Shown here: positions 40,103-52,118 of the stretch, piece by piece | Layout: every line of letters starts with the position of its first letter | How positions within the stretch are numbered: the stretch's first letter is position 1 | From: Octopus bimaculoides | Lineage: Eukaryota | Assembly: GCF_001194135.2 (NCBI RefSeq) | Contig: NC_068987.1 | Location: 70,950,303-71,002,420, forward strand | Direction of reading: 5' to 3' | DNA length: 52,118 nt | Program-made: the position numbers and the translations under genes | The notes under the pieces: generated by a model | Seen by the model: only the letters and a program-made list of their open reading frames with translations | Database searches by the model: none | What the model was told of the DNA's origin: nothing

Positions 40103-41691
40103 CATACATAAATGCATTCATACATGTATACATACATACACACGTATGACAGCTATCGAATTCAGAAATTTGTTTGTTAAAGTGTCCATGTGTCTCTATC
40201 TATGTAATGTATATGTAATTTTGTTTGTATTTTCGTCTATGTCTTTGTATAAATAGCATACATGTAGATATAGATAATTGAGTTTATTTCTCTGTTTGGT
40301 GCATGATAGGAATTCAATGAATATAATTATGTATTATTGATTATCGTTTACGTTGGTCTGTTTGTGAAATATTATTTTGTATCTACTTTACTCTAAGCAG
40401 ATACAATACCAATTGTTCGTTCCATCGTAGATCTCATGGCAATACTCGCTAAATGTTCTTATATATATATTTTCTGAAATCTCACATGCAGTTTAAATAA
40501 TTTATTTTCTCATTTTCTGCATTATTGTATTAAAATGTTGTGCCATTTGTATCTTTGTGTCATCGTTATTTTTGCAGTGGTTCAACCGATGTCCGAGTTA
40601 TAAAACTGCTTTCGAATTTCACATGAAAAGGAAGAAAAACTACTCACACAAAAGGTCAAAGCTTGAAACTATTCAATTGGTAAGTATTATGTAAGTTTCA
40701 TTGTTTTATGTTTATAGCTATGCTACATGCATCATCATCTACAAATATTAGTTTAAAATTTTGTAACCAGGCCAGCAAGTTCGGAGAAGGGCGTATGACA
40801 CCTCCTTCAGGAAAAATATGGAAAAATACTTCATAAGAAAATTCCCACACAAGGAAAATCACAACTCATCTAGGAGTATTAATTTAGTCTGTATAATAAT
40901 GTCCTCACAATGCACAAGAAATTGTATGCATATCTGTTTCATTGAGCTCCTCCACAAGACACTTTCCCTTGTACATTATTGTCCATCCTAATATCTTCAT
41001 TTTTGTAAAGAATTCTTTCTTATCTTCATTCCTCTTGAAAAAATTATGTGTGTGTATGTGTATGTGTATATATATATATATATATNNNNNNNNNNNNNNN
41101 NNNNNNNNNNNNNNNNNNNNNNNNNNNNNNNNNNNNNNNNNNNNNNNNNNNNNNNNNNNNNNNNNNNNNNNNNNNNNNNNNNNNNNNNNNNNNNNNNNNN
41201 NNNNNNNNNNNNNNNNNNNNNNNNNNNNNNNNNNNNNNNNNNNNNNNNNNNNNNNNNNNNNNNNNNNNNNNNNNNNNNNNNNNNNNNNNNNNNNNNNNNN
41301 NNNNNNNNNNNNNNNNNNNNNNNNNNNNNNNNNNNNNNNNNNNNNNNNNNNNNNNNNNNNNNNNNNNNNNNNNNNNNNNNNNNNNNNNNNNNNNNNNNNN
41401 NNNNNNNNNNNNNNNNNNNNNNNNNNNNNNNNNNNNNNNNNNNNNNNNNNNNNNNNNNNNNNNNNNNNNNNNNNNNNNNNNNNNNNNNNNNNNNNNNNNN
41501 NNNNNNNNNNNNNNNNNNNNNNNNNNNNNNNNNNNNNNNNNNNNNNNNNNNNNNNNNNNNNNNNNNNNNNNNNNNNNNNNNNNNNNNNNNNNNNNNNNNN
41601 NNNNNNNNNNNNNNNNNNNNNNNNNNNNNNNNNNNNNNNNNNNNNNNNNNNNNNNNNNNNNNNNNNNNNNNNNNNNNNNNNNNNNNNNNNN

Positions 41692-41732
<41 letters not shown>

Positions 41733-42185
41733 CCACTCTCTCACTGGACAATGATGGCAACTTTTTGAAAAAGAACTTTCTACCAAACAATGCCCCCCAC
41801 CTTAAATAACAATTTTTAAAGGCCAAGAATCAACTTATCATCTTCTATTGAAAGAACTGACCAGTTGTAAAAACAATATTCTTTCTTCTTTCACGCTTCC
41901 TTCTTTCTCTCCTTCTCTTTCCCATTGACACTCCTTTCAGATACACAGGCACAAGCATACACACACACACGCACACACAAAACCACTCACACACACATAT
42001 ACACTCACTTTTGCACCCATTCCTCACCCTCTTTTACTATCCTATATATCTCTCTCTACCCCTGCACATTCAATAATACTATAAAAAGAAACAAATCCTC
42101 TCAAGAAAAATTAAATCTAGAGAATCTACGAGAGTAGATGCAAGCGCTAATTTATAAAAACGTGTGACATATTAATAAAAATCTA

Positions 42186-42853
42186 GGATCTTGTTCAAAA
42201 CGGGGGCACCAGTTTTCATTAATGTTTTATGTAGTGTTTTTGGTACCGAAAGACTTTCAAACTTCATATACTTATCTATTTTGTGTTATAGAACAGAAAA
42301 AATGTTTCTATTCGGATTTATTTCATGTAAAAAATTGTCTTATTTCGATAATTTCAACCAATCATTGACAAGTATTCAGCTGTTTACAAGTTACTCCTTT
42401 GGCACTTTAAGCGGTGTAAAGCGTATTTAATCTCCATTACTTCTGACATTTTGCAGAGACAACACACGTGTGTTCGTTTTCCCTAACCCAAAACCTAACC
42501 CTAATTGACTTGCTCTTTCCCTCAAAAACCATGCCGTGTGCCTATAATAGAAAGGTTTATTCGCTACTGCCAATATGCTTCAGCCATTTTTTGACAAGGA
42601 AATAATAATTTTATCACCGCCGAGATTCATTTGTTTATGTAGTCAGCACTTAATTTTTACGGCTGAATGGACGTCATCATTGGTTGAAATTACAGAAATA
42701 CGACAACTTTAACATGAAATAACTTGCGATGTACGTTTTTTTGTTAAGAAGACTAAGAGAAAAAGATGTTTTATATGACACATTCTACCAGTGTCCCAAG
42801 TTTGAAAGTGTTTCGTTAAGAAAATACTGGTGCCCCCGTTTTGAACAGGATCC
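42186..42853. mobile_element. MITE with long imperfect TIRs (GG...CC ends, probable 8-bp TSD; Merlin- or MULE-like)
   Basis: ggatcttgttcaaaacgggggcaccagt (42186-42213) versus actggtgcccccgttttgaacaggatcc (42826-42853), 27/28 complementary. An inner inverted block ttatttcatgt..ttgtc.tatttc..taatttcaaccaat occurs on both arms. Flanks aaaatcta / aaaatctg match 7/8. No transposase. Confidence 0.85.
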
Positions 42854-42939
42854 AAAATCTGTAAATGTACAACCATCCATATATCTGAGTACCTTATTAT
42901 TTTTCTAATATATAATTCCTGTACATCACCTCCTAACAG

Positions 42940-43049
42940 TCTTTGAAATTGGTCATTCCAAATACAGAGTTTATACACAGTGTTATTGAATTAAGGGTTC
43001 TGTTAACACTGTGTATAAACTCTGTATTTGGAATGACCAATTTCAAAGA
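42940..43049. repeat. Perfect 46-bp inverted repeat with an 18-nt loop
   Basis: Arms 42940-42985 and 43004-43049 are exact reverse complements (tctttgaaattggtcattccaaatacagagtttatacacagtgtta). Confidence 0.95.
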
Positions 43050-43345
43050 GAGTTGGATTTTACTCATACGGTATTGGAATCTTAATAATGTATTTACAAA
43101 TGCAATGACCAACTTTAAAGACTATTGGATTTTACTAACAAGGTATTGGAATCTTATATGTATACCATTCTGCCTAAACAATGGATTTACAAATACAATA
43201 TCCCTCCATATCTCACATCTATTTCCGTTCCTCTAATTCACTCTCTATTTTCTATCTTATCTCAATTAACTATTGCTTAACCATCCTCTCACACCATCTC
43301 TGATGAAGGGATATAATAAATATCCTGGAAACATCTGTAAGACCA
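43004..43345 (+). mobile_element. Probable Penelope-like element 3'/pseudo-LTR remnant
   Basis: Ends in a ctctgatgaagg...gaaacatctgtaagac hammerhead motif after a pyrimidine-rich tract, with a 5' inversion. Both features are typical of PLE pLTRs. No RT found. Confidence 0.45.
43297..43342 (+). ncRNA. Minimal type I hammerhead ribozyme motif (slightly degenerate)
   Basis: Stem I tct/aga, CTGATGA (43300-43306), stem II GGGATAT-aataa-ATATCCT closed by an A.G mismatch, GAA-A, stem III AC-atct-GT, and cleavage triplet GTA (43337-43339). Confidence 0.55.
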
Positions 43346-43421
43346 TATTTTTATAAATGTTCTAAAATTTACACATCCTTGTTATTTTTTTAATCTCCTT
43401 AGGAAAAGTAAATCCTTATGC

Positions 43422-43525
<104 letters not shown>

Positions 43526-44389
43526 GGGGAGAGAGACACACAGAAAGGCAGGCAAACAAACAAATACAGGCAGAGACAGTGAGAGGGAGAGCAGCATTTA
43601 GGATGGTATGTTTCTCATTATGTGTCAGTTACTAATATTTTGTAATATTTAGCGTGTCGAAATGAAAGAAAACGGCACTTATTATAAACTGAATAAAAAA
43701 AGTACGCCAGGAATTTAAATGGAAAAATATTCTAAAATGGTGAGTCGTGTAAAAATATCTCCATTTATCTCTATTCAAAATCTTCAAATTTATATATTCA
43801 GTGATTACATGTTAATGCTTGTTATTCTTTTCATATCTTATAAATCATTTGCATTACACCTGTTCACTTCTGAAGGTTTCAGGGCATCTATTTTCTATAG
43901 CTTTTCTGCTACTATCTTTCCTCTAAATGTTTAGGGAATAGTATACATGTGTAAAAGAAATTATTTTTTCCTGAGTATGTTGTGGGTTTTTTTTGTCTCT
44001 ATTTTTTTCACTTGACAAAATATTATTCTCCATTCAATTCAGTAGCAACGAAAAATATGCTTTATTCCCTTTATTAATCGTTTCCATTCATTGTCAGCTG
44101 CGTCCCATCTTATCACGTTTGATGCATACTCTTAGATGTGTATTATATTACTTCTATTATGGTGTTTGTTTTCTAAAGTGTTTCTCTTGTATAGCAGCGT
44201 TTTTGCTAGACACGATAATGACATACCTACCAACAATGTTGTTCAGAACGAAATATATTTTAAAGGCAAAAACCTTCACTTCTAATATTACAGAGTAGCA
44301 GCATTAACAAGCGTAGAACAGTTCGGTAAATAATAATTAGATTATGGACCACAATCCTGAAAGTTATTCACACATTAATTTCGATCGGT

Positions 44390-45565
44390 ACAACTCCAAA
44401 CATATTGTGGGTATCTAGGCTAGTTTCAAATGTGTAGATTTAGCAGCATTGCAATACAGCAAATGATGCTATATAAAATGTGTAAAATTCACAGCGATCT
44501 TAAATGGCGATGCATATTTATTTATACTAACTCTTTCTTACTCTACGCCAGGTCGGACGTCTTAGAAATGTTATCACTCTTTTTCTTTGACACTTCCAAT
44601 TTGGTGAGCTGGGAAATAGTACAAACCTAAGCACCTTATCACAATCCCAATAAGAATGCTGTCGTTCAAACTTCCATCTGCCACATGTAACATTTGGCAG
44701 TTCTACATCCTTTTTGTATGAATATCAATGCAAGTTCCTACTAGTTTGTGTCCTAGGAACCTCTGTACTTCATGGCTTCCCGTTTCCTAGAGACTACAAA
44801 TTCCTCTCAGAGGTCACTGAATGGGAGCTGTAAGCTTTTGGTTGATCTATACAGAGCGATGTACTTAGGCTCATTAGTAAGTTATGCCACCGCCTAAGAA
44901 AACTGATCTTCCAGCACAAGGTTTCTATATTTGACATTCTAACATCATATAATGATAGGGGTTAAAACTCCTGAACAGGATGGCATTCTTTATACCCAAA
45001 CTTTGAAGCGAGCTGACAATCCAGATTTGTAAATCTTAAGAAGCCAATTTTCGAGGGATTTCCCTGATCTGCGGATCAAAACTGTCAGAGTGCTGTCAAT
45101 TGGTTTTTCCAAAACCTCGACTAGTTGCTCTACTAAGTTTGGAATTGTATTTCTGGACACCATTCGCCTTTCTTTTAGAGGCCTCGATTTTGAATATTTG
45201 AAACACAGCCTTGCCCACGAAATGTGCTTCTTGATTCCTTGAAGAGTCCCTCTGCTATCCCTCTGCTATCAGCAAATCTTATGAATGCTGTTGCAAGCCA
45301 GATCTTATCTGAGTGCCTCGACAATTCACCTCTGTTGACTTGACCACCATGTTCACGCCTAAGTAGAAAGGAATTCCTGAGATGACATTGCTACTAATAA
45401 TACTCATTGTCAACTTTTGCTAATCGGATGCTTCTGGTCTGTAAGTGACTCATCTGGAAGTTGCGATAATAACACAGAATGAAATCGGTGATCTTTCGAA
45501 GAATCAGTGTCTTTAAAGATACTCCTCTACCGCCTTGTGTGCATGGACACTTCGGCATTTGTGAG
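44390..45565 (-). mobile_element. Decayed HERO-clade (RLE-type) LINE, C-terminal RT/thumb region
   Basis: SWARLCFKYSKSR, LENWLLKIYKSGLSARFKVW, YDVRMSNIETL, IALYRSTKSLQLPFSDL*EEFVVSRKREAMKYRGS, CIDIHTKR, LGLYYFPAHQI, DVRPGVE*ERVS. These match my recollection of HERO proteins (WARMRFKPAKSR, SGLPGKFKAW, LQLPxxSLxEEF). Confidence 0.75.
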
Positions 45566-45689
45566 GTTCAGATACAGAAACATCATATCTCCTTTATAAA
45601 ATCTACTTGATATTTTTGTTTTTTATAAACTACATTTATTTTGGAATGGGATATTGACATTTTTTTCATATTATGCAAAACTACTACTA

Positions 45690-46360
45690 TCATTGCATGA
45701 TAGAGCTGCACAGTATATTCACTCGGTAATTTGCAAAAACCTGGACTTTCCCCATGATAAAAAATTAGTGGGAACACAAACCACCTCCAGTGTTTGAAAA
45801 TGATCACATCTCACTCCTCTAAAACTGCACCATTCAAACTGACAGAAAGATAGATGCAAATAGACCAGGCATTATATTGAAAGACTTCAGACAAAAATCA
45901 TGCATTCTCGTTGATATGACTGACCCAATAGATATAAACGTATTTGTCAAGACGTACCAAAAACTGAGCAAGTATAAAGAACTTGAAATAGAAATTAGCA
46001 AAATGTGGGAGCGGAAGACTAAAACAATACCTGTTGTGATAGGTGCCATAGGAATGATAACGAAAGGGGCCGATTGCTACCTAGCTCAGATACAAGGAAA
46101 CCCCAAAATGGCAGAAATTCAAAAGATAGTGCTGATGGGAATTGCCCATATCCTACTTAAAATATTGTCTATGTAATCACAAATTTTAAAACACTCATAA
46201 TTTTCTTACGGTTTCTTAAGCATGCTCTAGAACAACACTATGTACAAAGCCAAATATATGGCATCCTAGGCATAACACAAACAGGAACGTGTAACTTGTC
46301 TCTTGGGGTCACTAAGTGACACTTGGACCCAAACTTGTACAAATCAAAGCAAAAGTCAAA
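45690..46360 (+). mobile_element. 5'-truncated R4/Dong-like LINE (RLE endonuclease + 3' UTR), same subfamily as 10621-11620
   Basis: IQTDRKIDANRP..KDFRQKSCILVDMTDPIDINVFVKTYQKLSKYKELEIEISKMW..IPVVIGAIGMI..IQKIVLMGIAHILLKILSM*; nucleotide similarity to the reverse complement of 10621-10930. Confidence 0.85.
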
Positions 46361-46718
46361 CATGGTGTTCATAAAGATCATACGGAATTCTAGGAGACGA
46401 TATTTATGTAAGGTTGCTTATTTTAAACAGAATACAATTACCACTGTTTGAACAATTGCATGCATAATGATAATATGAACACATGTATATTGAAAAGAAA
46501 GTAATCTTCAATGTAAATATTGTGCATTCACTTGATCACTGACTGACCTTCTAAGACCAAACCTCAGTACATAAGTACTAAGTGATCATCACATCTAGAT
46601 GACTGTTTCACGTTTGGAATAAAGCACACAAGCAGTTTAGTAAATAAACAAGGAAACTCCAGATATTAATTTCTTGTTTTCTATATCTTACGTTAATGAC
46701 AAATTAAATTAAATAAAT

Positions 46719-46790
46719 GAAGAAGAAGAAGAAGAAGAAGAAGAAGAAGAAGAAGAAGAAGAAGAAGAAGAAGAAGAAGAAGAAGAAGAA
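46719..46790. repeat. (GAA)n microsatellite
   Basis: Direct observation; gives the poly-K pseudo-ORF. Confidence 0.97.
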
Positions 46791-47624
46791 ACTGTACGTT
46801 GGAAGCTGTATAAATAGATATGTGAGGAAGATAATATTATCTGAAATACCAAAATGTAAGATCGAATTACAATACATGTTTTGTTTTCATTTTTGTAGTT
46901 GACTTTATTATCGTTTCGTTAAATTTCGTTAAATCTTTTTATCCATGTATTACCACAGACCTTCAGCTTTACACTATTCTATTCACATACCTGTGTGCTT
47001 GTGTGTGTGCGTGTGTGTGCGTGTGCGTGTGCGTGCGTGTGTTTTGTTTGTTTGTGTGTGTGATGGGGTTTAGGCTAACTGTCCTGGTACAAATCCCTCT
47101 ATAGATCTAACCACCGTCGATTTCTTCCAGAAGGAAAGAGATATACTGACATACATATGACCTTCGAATGTTGACCTTCACAAAGGAGAAGACAAAAGAG
47201 CGCGGTGATTGGTGACTTGCTGAACCTGAGAATACTCGACTAGCTAATTAAAAACGTGGCCATAAAGACATGTCGTTTATGTTCATGCCTCTGCATACCA
47301 GTTATCCTTGACTTATGTTTTCCCCAAACACACACATCTAATCCCGGTCTCCACCTATGTTCAACTCTTGCTGTATTTCCTTCCTATTTATTCTCCACTC
47401 TCCCTTCGTGCCTTCGCACTTCCGTGTCCTATCTGCACGAAATGTATGCCTGTTGAATGTCTTCTTAATAAAACATCCTTACCGATCCTCTCTCTACTTC
47501 TGCCCACTCACTGCTTTCAGTGAGTACACATTTGTCACTCACCTTTCGCAATCTCGTGAACGTGCCTACCCACGCAACCTATTCAATTCTTATTTCCATT
47601 TCACTTATAGTCAAATAAATTTAC

Positions 47625-47860
47625 CTTATCGAGTCATGCTGTCTCATAAGGGCCGTTTTCCCGGTTTCATGGCGTATATATTCCCCACCTGGACAGGACG
47701 CCTCTCCGTCACAGGGATACTAACTTTTGGCAGTTGAGTGAACTAGACCAACGTGAAATTAAGTGTTTTGCTCAAGAACACAACGCGTCGCCCGAAATCG
47801 AAACCACAATCTTACGATCCTTAGTCCAACACCCTAACCAGTAAGCCACGCGCCTCCACA
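47625..47860 (-). mobile_element. tRNA-derived SINE
   Basis: Minus strand tgtggaggcgcgtggcttactggttaggg...ggtttcgatttc (A/B boxes), then cgttgtgttcttgagcaaaacac and a ccctgtgacggagaggcgtcctgtccagg...gaaaccggg core. Confidence 0.8.
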
Positions 47861-48164
47861 TTTCAATTGTATATACATCCCTGTATCTTAAGGGAAAGCC
47901 CCATCCTATCTTAGTAATCTTCTCTCTCCCTCCTTCACTCTTCTTCTCACTCTCCTTCTCTCGATCTCTCTCGCTCTCTCTCTCTCTCTCTTCTGTTTCA
48001 CTTGCTTCTCTCTTAAATCACTTTCGTCTGTCTCCAATAAACGTAACCATGTTTCTCGTCTACAAGTCACCTATTTCTGTCCCTCTATGCTTAATTTCGT
48101 CTTTCTTTACTTTGTACAATGCCACCTCACTCAATGCTAATCACCTCAGTTTAGGGTATTTTCT

Positions 48165-48365
48165 TTGCAAGTTACTTGATGACCTCACTATTGCTGATGC
48201 CACCTAAAAAGCACCTAGTACACTCTGTAAAGTGGTTGGTATTAGGCAGTGCATCAAACTGTAAAAACCTGGCCAAGGTAGACAGTAGAATTGGCACTGT
48301 CTTCTGATTTGCCAGCTATTGCCAAACAGCTCAACCCTTGCCAACATAGAAGGAGAGTGTCAAAT
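48165..48365 (+). mobile_element. Short interspersed repeat (SINE-like body)
   Basis: gccacctaaaaagcacc...ctctgtaaagtggttggtattagg...ttgccaacatagaaggagagtgtcaaatgat; recognised from memory as an abundant octopus-type repeat. Confidence 0.45.
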
Positions 48366-48778
48366 GATTATGTGTGAGTGTGGGTGTAAATATGTATGTA
48401 TACACATTCATACATATTCACCTGTGTATGCAACGAAATAACTTAATTTTGAGTGTCGCTTTCTTTCATTCATCATTCATCTTACGTTTCTTGAAATCTG
48501 CCAAGGTTTTTGAATGAAATATGAGAATATGAATGAGTGAATGACGAAGATCGAAGATAGAACAATGTTGAAGAAATAATAAACATCTGTATATTACCTA
48601 ACAATGTCCGTTAAATGAATTATTTTTAATGAAGACAATTGAATAAATGCGGCAGAGAGAGAGGGGGAAAGAAAGACTGAAGCTGTAACGCAAGGGAAGA
48701 ATGTAAAAATCATAAAGAGCTCTGGAAAAGACAATAAGTTTCAAATGGAATGACAGAGCAACAGTTAACAACGACGTG

Positions 48779-48781
<3 letters not shown>

Positions 48782-48855
<74 letters not shown>
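48782..48855. repeat. (GA)n microsatellite
   Basis: Direct observation. Confidence 0.97.
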
Positions 48856-48858
<3 letters not shown>

Positions 48859-50699
48859 ACGAATACTGAAGGGAGAAAGACGTCGATAAAACGAAAACAT
48901 CGACATATTATACATGACAATAAACACGATAGATATGGTGGAAAAAAAATTAAATATTTTCCAGGTGTCTGAAAAACAAATTTAATAATCATTTATTTTT
49001 TAATGAAAACAGTTGAATAGATCGGCAGAGAGTAGAAGTGAGTGTGTGTGTGTCTGTGTGTGAATGAGAGACAGGCAGACAGACTGAATAGCATGTGGCA
49101 CGGAATAAAAGTTTGTCTTGTGGTTGATGGCAGTAAATAAAAGAATATATTTTGTGACTGAAGTGTGTACTTGAATCTTCAACAGTACAAAAAACTTGCA
49201 AAAACTTATTTTGATTGAAATATATAAAAAATTTAATTCTTGAGAATTTTTTAAAAGTCTTCTAAGCAATGAAACCTCAAAGAATTGATTTCTTGTAGTA
49301 AAAATTACATAAATCCAAGTAATAAATAAGCAGATTTTGCTATAAAATTATTGATGCAGTGAAGTGTGAATAACATCATTCTCCTCGAGTTGTGTATTCC
49401 AATTATTACTTAGCATAGTGTCTGGTAACGGATGAAATGTATTATATAGAGTAGAAACACCCTTTCAAGCTCTTCACTCGTACGCCTTATATCTGGATTT
49501 GTTAAAGTAAATATTAGTAACATAATTGATTCAATACATTCGACTCTGCCATTTCTTCTATACAAAATTTAATATTCTACTCAGTCAAAATAATTCAATA
49601 CTAACCATTCCAGAAGCAGGCTTTGCAGAGTACACATCTCTGGTGTTGAAGTGAAATTATGGTCAAAAGTCTTGACCAAATCACAAGATCTAGGAATAGG
49701 AATGTAGCTGCGGAATGACTAACTACTGACAAGTATATCTGTTCACGTTAAAGTAGTATAGTTTAACTATAGTACTGTATGCTAAGATCTGTTCGTCGCT
49801 TTTACTGTTATAATCACGTCAAAGTAAAGCATCTCTCATGATAATTTTCAAACCATTAGAAAACTATAGTAAAGATGGAAGATGAAATCCCATCTTACGT
49901 GTTATCCCTCCATCACAAACCGGTCCAAGTGTTTGCAATATAGTAGATGTTGCTAAAATGAACAAGGGCCAGATAGTCCTGTTACAAGTCGACGAATTTA
50001 ACACTAATGAACGTGAATAATTAGAGTCCACCTTATAGATTTCTCCACAGTTTTCTTCCACCGATTTCGCTCACAAGACTTGTTACATTAGAAATCTTAT
50101 TGTAGGTAATCTATATAACCTATTACACAAAAAGTCAAGCCTGCACCCATGAGTCGTCTGTCTTTCGGTTACACATGGAAAGGCTTCTACACTTAAATGA
50201 CGGATTAATTAGTCCGTTTAATATAATATTTCCAATATTCTTTTCTTCAAAAATATATGCGTAATATTTCTGTGATTGCTAAGTAAAATGAACATTGTAT
50301 TCCAGAATTTCGTGTTTCGAGAAGATGAATTCTTCTTGTTAAAATCTTTCTCGAAAGAAATCATAGCTTTGTGCTCAATTTTACTTATTCTTGCCCTATG
50401 GAAAATAACACTACAATGTCCCTGTAATTAAAAACAGAATATTTTATAGTAAGGCTGTTAAAATATGTTTTAAATAATTATTTCAACATCGGAAGTACCA
50501 GTTAATTGCATCAACCTCAATATATAGATGGTATATAGCGGGCGTTGATATTTATCGTCAGCAGAAAGAAGTATTGAAACTGACAGGGTTTAAATTATAA
50601 ATGTGGATAAAACGAAAAAAAATGGTAACAAATAATTTCGTGCTAAGTTTCTCTCTGCTAGTCAACCGAATCTGAAGTTCACAAAAATTATAATCATTA

Positions 50700-50825
50700 T
50701 CCCTAGAAAAGGCGCAAGATCTGAAGTTTCAGGGAAGGTTAGTCGATACAATTGACTCCAGGAATTAATCACCACTTCAGTTATCGACACAAAAAGATCA
50801 AAATACAAGTTTGACTTCGATGGGA
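50700..50825 (-). mobile_element. SINE, family A (diverged fragment)
   Basis: ggttagtcgatacaattgactccag...ttatcgacac...gtttgacttcg resembles 26128-26268. Confidence 0.5.
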
Positions 50826-50984
50826 TATCATTTCAAATTGACTGTCTACTCTGAGTTTCACTGTAAGATGAAATATTTACAAAGAGGCAGAAAAAAGGGA
50901 TTTATGCAGAAAGATATACTACAGGGTATTTTTCCAGACACTCGAACTATTCTGTTAAGAAGCTGTTCTCAACAAAAATAATAC

Positions 50985-51115
50985 TAGTTTCAAATTTTGA
51001 CACAAGACCAGTAACTTAGTGGGATAGGATAAGTCGATTACATCGACCCTAGTGCTCATCTAGTACTTACTTCATCGACACCGAAAGGTAAAAAGGTAAA
51101 GATGACCTCGGCAGT
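50985..51115 (-). mobile_element. SINE, family A fragment
   Basis: ttttgacacaagaccag...agtcgattacatcgaccctagtgctc..tacttacttcatcgacaccgaaagg..aaaggtaaagatgacctcggc. Confidence 0.7.
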
Positions 51116-51466
51116 ATATGATTTATGGTGAGTATAAGAAAACAACTTTAAAGGTTTTAGATGTTTAGATGCGTTCCATATGATGGAATTTCTCACATTG
51201 ATTCCTCACTAATGCAGTGTCAATAGCAGTTGATTTTGAACCCCAACTATTGAAGTACATACTAAATGCTTAACGCCTGAGAGGCAATTATTACATCACT
51301 CTATATTTATCTTTTCTCTTTTATTAATCATTATTATTGGCAACCATATTAGCAAAGGAAAGCTTAGCAGTCACACCACTACTGGATGGTCGCAGTTATG
51401 CGTGTAACTCTTGTTATTATAAATGATATTGGAAGCTATTCTGTTTCATACCATTACTTTCGTTAC

Positions 51467-51504
<38 letters not shown>

Positions 51505-51565
51505 CCATCATCATCATCGTCATCGTCATCGTCATCATCAACATCATCATCATCACCATCATCAT
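51467..51565. repeat. (CAT)/(CAC)/(CGT) trinucleotide microsatellite
   Basis: Direct observation; gives the poly-His pseudo-ORF. Confidence 0.95.
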
Positions 51566-52080
51566 TACCAGCTGCAACAGCACATCAACATCATGATCAT
51601 CAGCAGACATTATCATTGCACCTTCTTTCTGTCTTTCCTTTTTATATTTTTTCCACTTTGTCCCTTGTTTTGTTTTTTTTTCACCATTCGTTGTGCCTTG
51701 CTCAAGGAAGCCATAATTGTTAACTCATCATTACCGAGCTATTGTCAGTTTGTTTGCAGTGAAAAGAAGACAGGGCGATCTATAAAAATAATATAAATAT
51801 AATATATAACAAAAAAGAACAGCTATGATTCCTGAGAAAACTAGTTATAAAGAAAGGATTTTAATACTACAATACCGTTTTGATTAATGAGAAGATAACT
51901 GTATGGTAACGGCGACAAAAGGTTTCAGAGAACTCCATATTGGATCGAGAAGAAAACTAGAATATAAGTTTCCGAAAACAGTCCCGAACTAAAATGTAGG
52001 TTACAGCTTATATTTCGTATATTTAACGAAGCAAATCATGCCCATTACTTTACTTGCAAATGCACACGCATTTTTCTTCA

Positions 52081-52118
<38 letters not shown>

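Noticed and set aside
47250-47600. Possible RTE 3' coding remnant on the minus strand
   Set aside because: Only vague similarity (WVGTFTRL...) amid many stops; cannot be supported.
49864-50061. ORF with NYS/NSS/NRT sequons and CNRTIW, reminiscent of a class B GPCR ectodomain
   Set aside because: The WDG/CW motif and cysteine spacing are absent and there are no good splice sites.
51386-51796. 136-aa ORF with poly-His
   Set aside because: The His run is a (CAT)n microsatellite and the rest is low-complexity T-rich sequence.

Overview
AT-rich, repeat-dense eukaryotic DNA from a gapped draft assembly: 10 N-runs, nearly all flanked by microsatellites. The microsatellite load and SINE families resemble what I recall from octopus (coleoid cephalopod) genomes; this is inference, not a database result. 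I found no host protein-coding gene I can name, so the window looks intergenic or intronic. Most ORF-track entries are microsatellite or N-run artefacts, or pieces of decayed transposons. Recognisable content: a near full-length decayed pogo/Tigger transposase interrupted by a SINE with a clean 9-bp TSD; several R4/Dong-like and one HERO-like RLE-type LINE remnants; Tx1/L1-like and RTE-like remnants; about a dozen SINE copies; and a long-TIR MITE. The most notable non-coding signals are two minimal type I hammerhead-ribozyme motifs (30604-30663 and 43297-43342). The second lies in a probable Penelope-like remnant that starts with a perfect 46-bp hairpin. A few isolated splice-site pairs hint at a possible plus-strand spliced transcript but are unconfirmed. 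Protein-family assignments are by-eye translations compared with remembered consensus motifs, and many boundaries are approximate.
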